From Candidatus Micrarchaeota archaeon (GTDB taxonomy: Archaea; Micrarchaeota; Micrarchaeia; Anstonellales; Bilamarchaeaceae): DNA of 64,000 nucleotides. Position numbers and translations under genes: made by a program. The stretch spans positions 357,200-421,199 of the forward strand of contig CAZYJW010000001.1 in the NCBI GenBank assembly GCA_964647855.1, written 5' to 3'. The notes under the pieces were generated by a model, which saw only the letters and a program-made list of their open reading frames with translations, did not search any database and was not told the origin of the DNA. This document shows positions 59,965 to 64,000 of this stretch, piece by piece; the first letter of the stretch is position 1, and every line of letters starts with the position of its first letter.

Positions 59965-60729
59965 ATGCGCATCCGGCTCTTCTACAACAGGTCCGTCCAC
60001 GAGAACGCGGCATACTACTACGAGCTCGCCAAGGAGGCTCGCTCCAAGGTGGCGGGGGCCGAAAAGGCGATTGCCGAGACCGAGGCGGAAACCAGGGAGG
60101 CCGGCAAGGCGAAAAAGGCGGGCGTGCGCGTCAAGAGGGCGAAGGAATGGTTCGAGCGCTTCCACCACGCAATGACCTCCGGCGGCAGGCTCGCAATCGG
60201 GGGCCGCAGCGCACAGCAGAACGACCAGCTCGTGTCAAAACGCATGGATGATTCCGACCTGTTCTTCCACGCCGACATCCAGGGCGGCTCGGCGTTCGTT
60301 CTCAAAGACGGCATCAACGCATCAGAAGAAGAGATGGCGGAAGCCGCGCAGATGGCCGCATCGTTCTCGAACGCGTGGAAGAACGGCAACGCCGCGGTGG
60401 ACGTCTATGCGGTCGGAAAGGGCCAGCTCACGAAGAACGTGAGCGGCGGCTTCGTGCCTTCGGGCGCATTCGCAATCCTTGGCGAGCGCCGCTGGTTCCG
60501 CGGGACGCGGCTCGCCCTGCGAATCGGCATGGGGGAAAAGGGCCCGGCGCTCGTGCCGGACGTCTCGAAGGCGCGCCTCGGAAACGAGCTCACGCTCATC
60601 CCTTTCCCGGCGGGAAAGGAGAAGGGCGCCCTTGCGAAATCACTGGCGAAAAGGTTCGGCGTCCACCCTGACGAGCTGCTCGAGCTGCTTCCGAACGGGA
60701 AGAGCAAGACCGCCGGGCCATCAGCCTGA
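59965..60729 (+). CDS. NFACT RNA-binding domain protein (short Rqc2/FbpA-like)
   Basis: ENAAYYYE..K, WFERF, GGRSAQQND, FFHADIQGG and GAFAILGER. Confidence 0.88.
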   Translation: MRIRLFYNRSVHENAAYYYELAKEARSKVAGAEKAIAETEAETREAGKAKKAGVRVKRAKEWFERFHHAMTSGGRLAIGGRSAQQNDQLVSKRMDDSDLFFHADIQGGSAFVLKDGINASEEEMAEAAQMAASFSNAWKNGNAAVDVYAVGKGQLTKNVSGGFVPSGAFAILGERRWFRGTRLALRIGMGEKGPALVPDVSKARLGNELTLIPFPAGKEKGALAKSLAKRFGVHPDELLELLPNGKSKTAGPSA

Positions 60730-61239
60730 GTGGAGCTCGAAGCCCTCCGCCACCCGTTCGCGCATTGCGGCGTCGCATTCCCAGAGGAGCGAAAAGCCGA
60801 CTTCGTCCACCGCGATGCAGTCCGCCGCCGTGTGGCGGCCGATGACGCGCCCGAGGGCCGCCCGGTCATCGCCGACTATCAGCAGCGAGGGCCGCTCGCC
60901 CCTGCTTTCCGCCCCGAGGGAATGGGGCGGCAGGAGCGTTATGCGCCTTGACAGCGGCGCGGCCTCCGCCACGAGCGGCATCAAATCCGCGACGGTCATC
61001 AGGATGCGGAACTGGCGGAGCAGCGGGCTCGCGCTGTTCCTGCGGAAAAAGGACATGCGCCCCCTTTTCGACCGAAGGACAATCCCCGCCCGCCCGAATC
61101 TCTTCAGGATTGCGTTCGCCGAGCCCACGCTCACGCCCGCGCCCCGGGCGATTTCGCGCTCATACCCCTCCCCCTCCATCCTGCAGATGTGGGCGAGCAG
61201 GCGGGATTCGGCCTTTGTCATCGCCAAATTCCTGAACAT
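60721..61239 (-). CDS. HTH protein with a degenerate nucleotidyltransferase-like C-terminus
   Basis: YEREIARGAGVSVGSANAILKRF HTH; RITLLPPHSLG...PSLLIVGD resembles an MNT without its catalytic GS/DxD. Confidence 0.6.
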   Translation of the reverse strand: MFRNLAMTKAESRLLAHICRMEGEGYEREIARGAGVSVGSANAILKRFGRAGIVLRSKRGRMSFFRRNSASPLLRQFRILMTVADLMPLVAEAAPLSRRITLLPPHSLGAESRGERPSLLIVGDDRAALGRVIGRHTAADCIAVDEVGFSLLWECDAAMRERVAEGFELHSG

Positions 61240-61440
61240 GCTTTCAATATTTTGAATAACACATATAAATGTGCGCACCGGATACCACAGCGCCCGCGCT
61301 TATCGGATGGAAAATATTGTGTTGATATGTGATTTTTCCTATGTTTTCGTCAAACGACCGCAGCAACCTTTATAAATATTATATTAGTTTAGGAGTGCAA
61401 TGTGTGTACGCCTCTGAACGGGGGCGGAGGATTGAATTGC

Positions 61441-62100
61441 ATGACCTTCAAGAAAATCTTGGCCCTCTTCGGAGTGTTCATCTTCGCGGCGGGCGTTGTA
61501 ATGGCGATCAGCGGTGCCACTGTCGGCACCGAAGTCGAGCGCGGCCGCTGGACCGGCTTGACTGCAGGCAGTGTTGCCACTGAAGGCGGCAACATTTCCG
61601 GCGTGAACGTGACTGGTGCGACACTCACAGACAGGTGGGCATCGTATTACGGAAACGTTACCGGAGACATACGACTCACGGACTCTGCCGGAACGAACAA
61701 CGTGTACTCTTGGACCTGGACCGCAACCGACGGCGGTGAGGTGTGCCTTTCCGAGGCAAGCGGCTTTGCATTTGACTCGGCAGTGGCAGGTGACGGCGCG
61801 GACATCGACACCGATTTCGGATGGACGACCGGAGCCGACCTTGGAGCCAACACATACACGGGAGGAGCCGGCGCAATCACCTTTAACGGCGTGACTGCGA
61901 TTACGACTGCAGATTCCGTGACTCTCGATGGTGGTTTCGTAGATGTTCTCGTAGATGACAACAACGGTAACCTCGCTTACTGCACCGCCATTAACTCGGC
62001 CGGCACGAACTACAACGGCGAATCAGCCCACTACGAGGTTATGGTCCCGACTTACGAATCAGGGGACACGACGTATTACTTCTTCGCGGAGCTGAACTGA
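61441..62100 (+). CDS. Secreted acidic Thr/Gly-rich surface protein ('ATEGGNIS' family)
   Basis: Signal peptide, ATEGGNISGVNVTG..LTDRWASYYGNV, ends YYFFAELN; TTTATAAATA box, GGAGG RBS and U-rich terminator. Confidence 0.85.
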   Translation: MTFKKILALFGVFIFAAGVVMAISGATVGTEVERGRWTGLTAGSVATEGGNISGVNVTGATLTDRWASYYGNVTGDIRLTDSAGTNNVYSWTWTATDGGEVCLSEASGFAFDSAVAGDGADIDTDFGWTTGADLGANTYTGGAGAITFNGVTAITTADSVTLDGGFVDVLVDDNNGNLAYCTAINSAGTNYNGESAHYEVMVPTYESGDTTYYFFAELN

Positions 62101-62112
62101 AGTAGTACATCC

Positions 62113-62140
62113 ATTTTTTTATTTTTTCTTCCATTATTTT
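62113..62140 (+). terminator. Archaeal U-tract terminator
   Basis: ATTTTTTTATTTTTTCTTCCATTATTTT immediately after the stop. Confidence 0.6.
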
Positions 62141-62179
62141 ATGCGCGGTTCGCGCATGACGGAGAGGGAGGGATAAAAA

Positions 62180-63874
62180 ATGAGGCTTCCGATAATCGCG
62201 CTATTCATGCTCGCAGTCTTGTCATTCTCATTCGCAGAGGACATGGTCGCAATTAACTCCAAGGACGGCCGGGACGTTCTCTCCGGCGTGTTCTATGCCA
62301 ATGCCAAGGGCCTGCCGGTGAAATTCATCCCGGAGCCCGGCGGCAACGCAGACCTTTTCGCGGCGAAGGTGGGCTCGAACCACGATATCCTGCTCATCCA
62401 GGGCTCGCTTCCGGTGAGCACCTTCGTGGAAAGCGCCCTGCGGGACAGGAACAACACGGTCACGGTCCACTCGTCTTCTGACGGCGGAAGCGCCAACCTC
62501 GAACTTGCGAAAAAATCCGGTGCATCGGGCTTCATAATAGTGGACTCGGCATATTCCGACAGCGCGATATCCGTCCTTCCCTACGCCGCAAAGACGAAAT
62601 CCTATGTGCTGCTCGCGGACAAGGACAACATCGAAGAAATCAAGGGAATCGTCTCAGGAAAGAAAGTGATGATATACGGCCTTGTGGACGAGAAGGTAAA
62701 GAGCGAGCTCGCATCGCTCGAGCCTGAAATCCTCGGGAAGGGCGAGGACAAGTACGAGGACAACGTCCTCATCGTTGGCAGGATGATGAGGGAATACTCG
62801 ATAAAGCGCGTCATCATGGTTGACGGGACCTTCCTCGAGGACGCGATGGCGACCGGGGGCGAGCCGATCCTTCTCACTGGAAGGCTTGTCCCGCAGCCCA
62901 CCTACGACTTCATGAAGCAGGGCGTCAGGGACGGCTCCTTCGGGGGCGTCATGCTCCTTGGCAACGACCTCGTCGTGCCGATTTACGACATGCGCGAGCG
63001 CATGAAGAAGGAATTCGAGAACGAGGGTCTGAACAAGACGTTCGGCATCGTGGTCAAGTTCGCGCAGGTGATACCCTCCGCGGGCACGGGCGTCGTCACC
63101 CTTGACACCTTCCGCCTTCCGGCATACCAGCCGGACCTCGAAATACTCGAGGCCGTCTACAACAAGGGCTCCGAAACGGTCATGGTGAGCGTCGACAACC
63201 CCGGCGAGGGCTCGGCCTACTACACCATGGAGGTAAAGGTGACGGTGGACGGGGCAGACTACCGGACGTTCGGAACCAACGACACCCGCCTTATCGAGCG
63301 CGGCGAGACGCAGGGCACGGAGTTCCCGCTCGACCTTTCCGGCATCCCCGAGGGTTCGGTGAATGCGACGGTCGTTGTCAAGTTCGGCTCGTTCAAGAAG
63401 TCGCTCGAGGAATACACGTCCTATTCGGGCCAGCTTGCGACCATCACATACACGGACACATCCAACGTCACGGTGCAGAGGGCGAGATACGATGATTCAA
63501 GGAAGGGCGTCCTCGTAACGATACAGAACAACGGGGACGACGTTGCATACGTGTTCTCGAAGCTGTCGGTCGTCTACGGCGGCTCGCCGACGAACATAAG
63601 CAGCGCGGGCGTCAAGGAGCTTCCGGCGGGCTCGATGATGGTGGAGGAGTTCCCCCTCGAGCTTACGCAGGCGGACCTCTCCGCCAACGGGAACGCCAGC
63701 GTGTTCATAGACTACGGAGGAAGGCAGGGATTCCTCATGAAGAAGGCAGAATACGTCGTACCCCTAGAGAGCGCAGGGGAGTTCCCGCTGATTCTCGTGG
63801 GTTTCGCGCTCCTTGTGCTGGTGATACTGGCGGCGGCTTACCTCATTATGAAGAAGCCCGGGAAGAAGAAGTGA
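62180..63874 (+). CDS. Secreted, C-terminally membrane-anchored protein (alpha/beta repeats + Ig-like domains)
   Basis: Signal peptide, GEDKYEDN (cell-wall-binding-2-like), beta-rich C-terminal half, TM helix + KKPGKKK. Confidence 0.8.
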   Translation: MRLPIIALFMLAVLSFSFAEDMVAINSKDGRDVLSGVFYANAKGLPVKFIPEPGGNADLFAAKVGSNHDILLIQGSLPVSTFVESALRDRNNTVTVHSSSDGGSANLELAKKSGASGFIIVDSAYSDSAISVLPYAAKTKSYVLLADKDNIEEIKGIVSGKKVMIYGLVDEKVKSELASLEPEILGKGEDKYEDNVLIVGRMMREYSIKRVIMVDGTFLEDAMATGGEPILLTGRLVPQPTYDFMKQGVRDGSFGGVMLLGNDLVVPIYDMRERMKKEFENEGLNKTFGIVVKFAQVIPSAGTGVVTLDTFRLPAYQPDLEILEAVYNKGSETVMVSVDNPGEGSAYYTMEVKVTVDGADYRTFGTNDTRLIERGETQGTEFPLDLSGIPEGSVNATVVVKFGSFKKSLEEYTSYSGQLATITYTDTSNVTVQRARYDDSRKGVLVTIQNNGDDVAYVFSKLSVVYGGSPTNISSAGVKELPAGSMMVEEFPLELTQADLSANGNASVFIDYGGRQGFLMKKAEYVVPLESAGEFPLILVGFALLVLVILAAAYLIMKKPGKKK

Positions 63875-63880
63875 GTGCGG

Positions 63881-64000
63881 ATGAAGCCCGCCGCATTCCT
63901 TCTCGTTCTCCTTTCAATCGCCTTTGCCCAGGCGGCCACGGAAGGCGGGAACATAAGCGCCGTCAACGCCACCGGTGAGGGCGCCTCCACATGGCATGGC
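63881..64000 (+). CDS. Secreted 'ATEGGNIS' paralog (partial)
   Basis: Manual translation MKPAAFLLVLLSIAFAQAATEGGNISAVNATGEGASTWHG. Confidence 0.8.
   Translation, partial: MKPAAFLLVLLSIAFAQAATEGGNISAVNATGEGASTWHG

Overview
High-GC archaeal chromosomal window, most consistent with a DPANN lineage such as Micrarchaeota. This is an inference from gene content: class I LysRS, FEN1, aMBF1, an unlinked 5S rRNA, AMP phosphorylase plus R15P isomerase, a VirB2/TrbC-like pilin, broken-up ribosomal protein clusters and TATA-box promoters. Housekeeping genes include fen, lysS, sua5, ksgA, grpE-dnaK-dnaJ, purH, argF, carAB, rpl1/rpl10/rpl12, rps10 and an eL41 missed by the ORF track. RNA genes are a 5S rRNA and intron-containing tRNA-Asp(GUC) and tRNA-Tyr(GUA). 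There is also a surface-glycosylation cluster and many orphan genes. No transposase, integrase or CRISPR array was seen. The best candidates for undescribed biology are: (1) a cassette beside tRNA-Tyr with two Lrp regulators, a YbaK-like deacylase, an M20 hydrolase and an AblB/YodP-like acetyltransferase, with visible operator-like repeats; (2) a secreted 'ATEGGNIS' paralog cluster with a membrane-anchored partner; (3) twin 93-aa paralogs flanking a solitary CbiM/PDGLE S-component; (4) a pilin/KaiC-like/Roadblock/TldD/TctA-like cluster; (5) a probable permuted L1-binding autoregulatory leader. All product calls come from motif recognition by eye; no database searches were run, and several start codons were re-chosen by eye.
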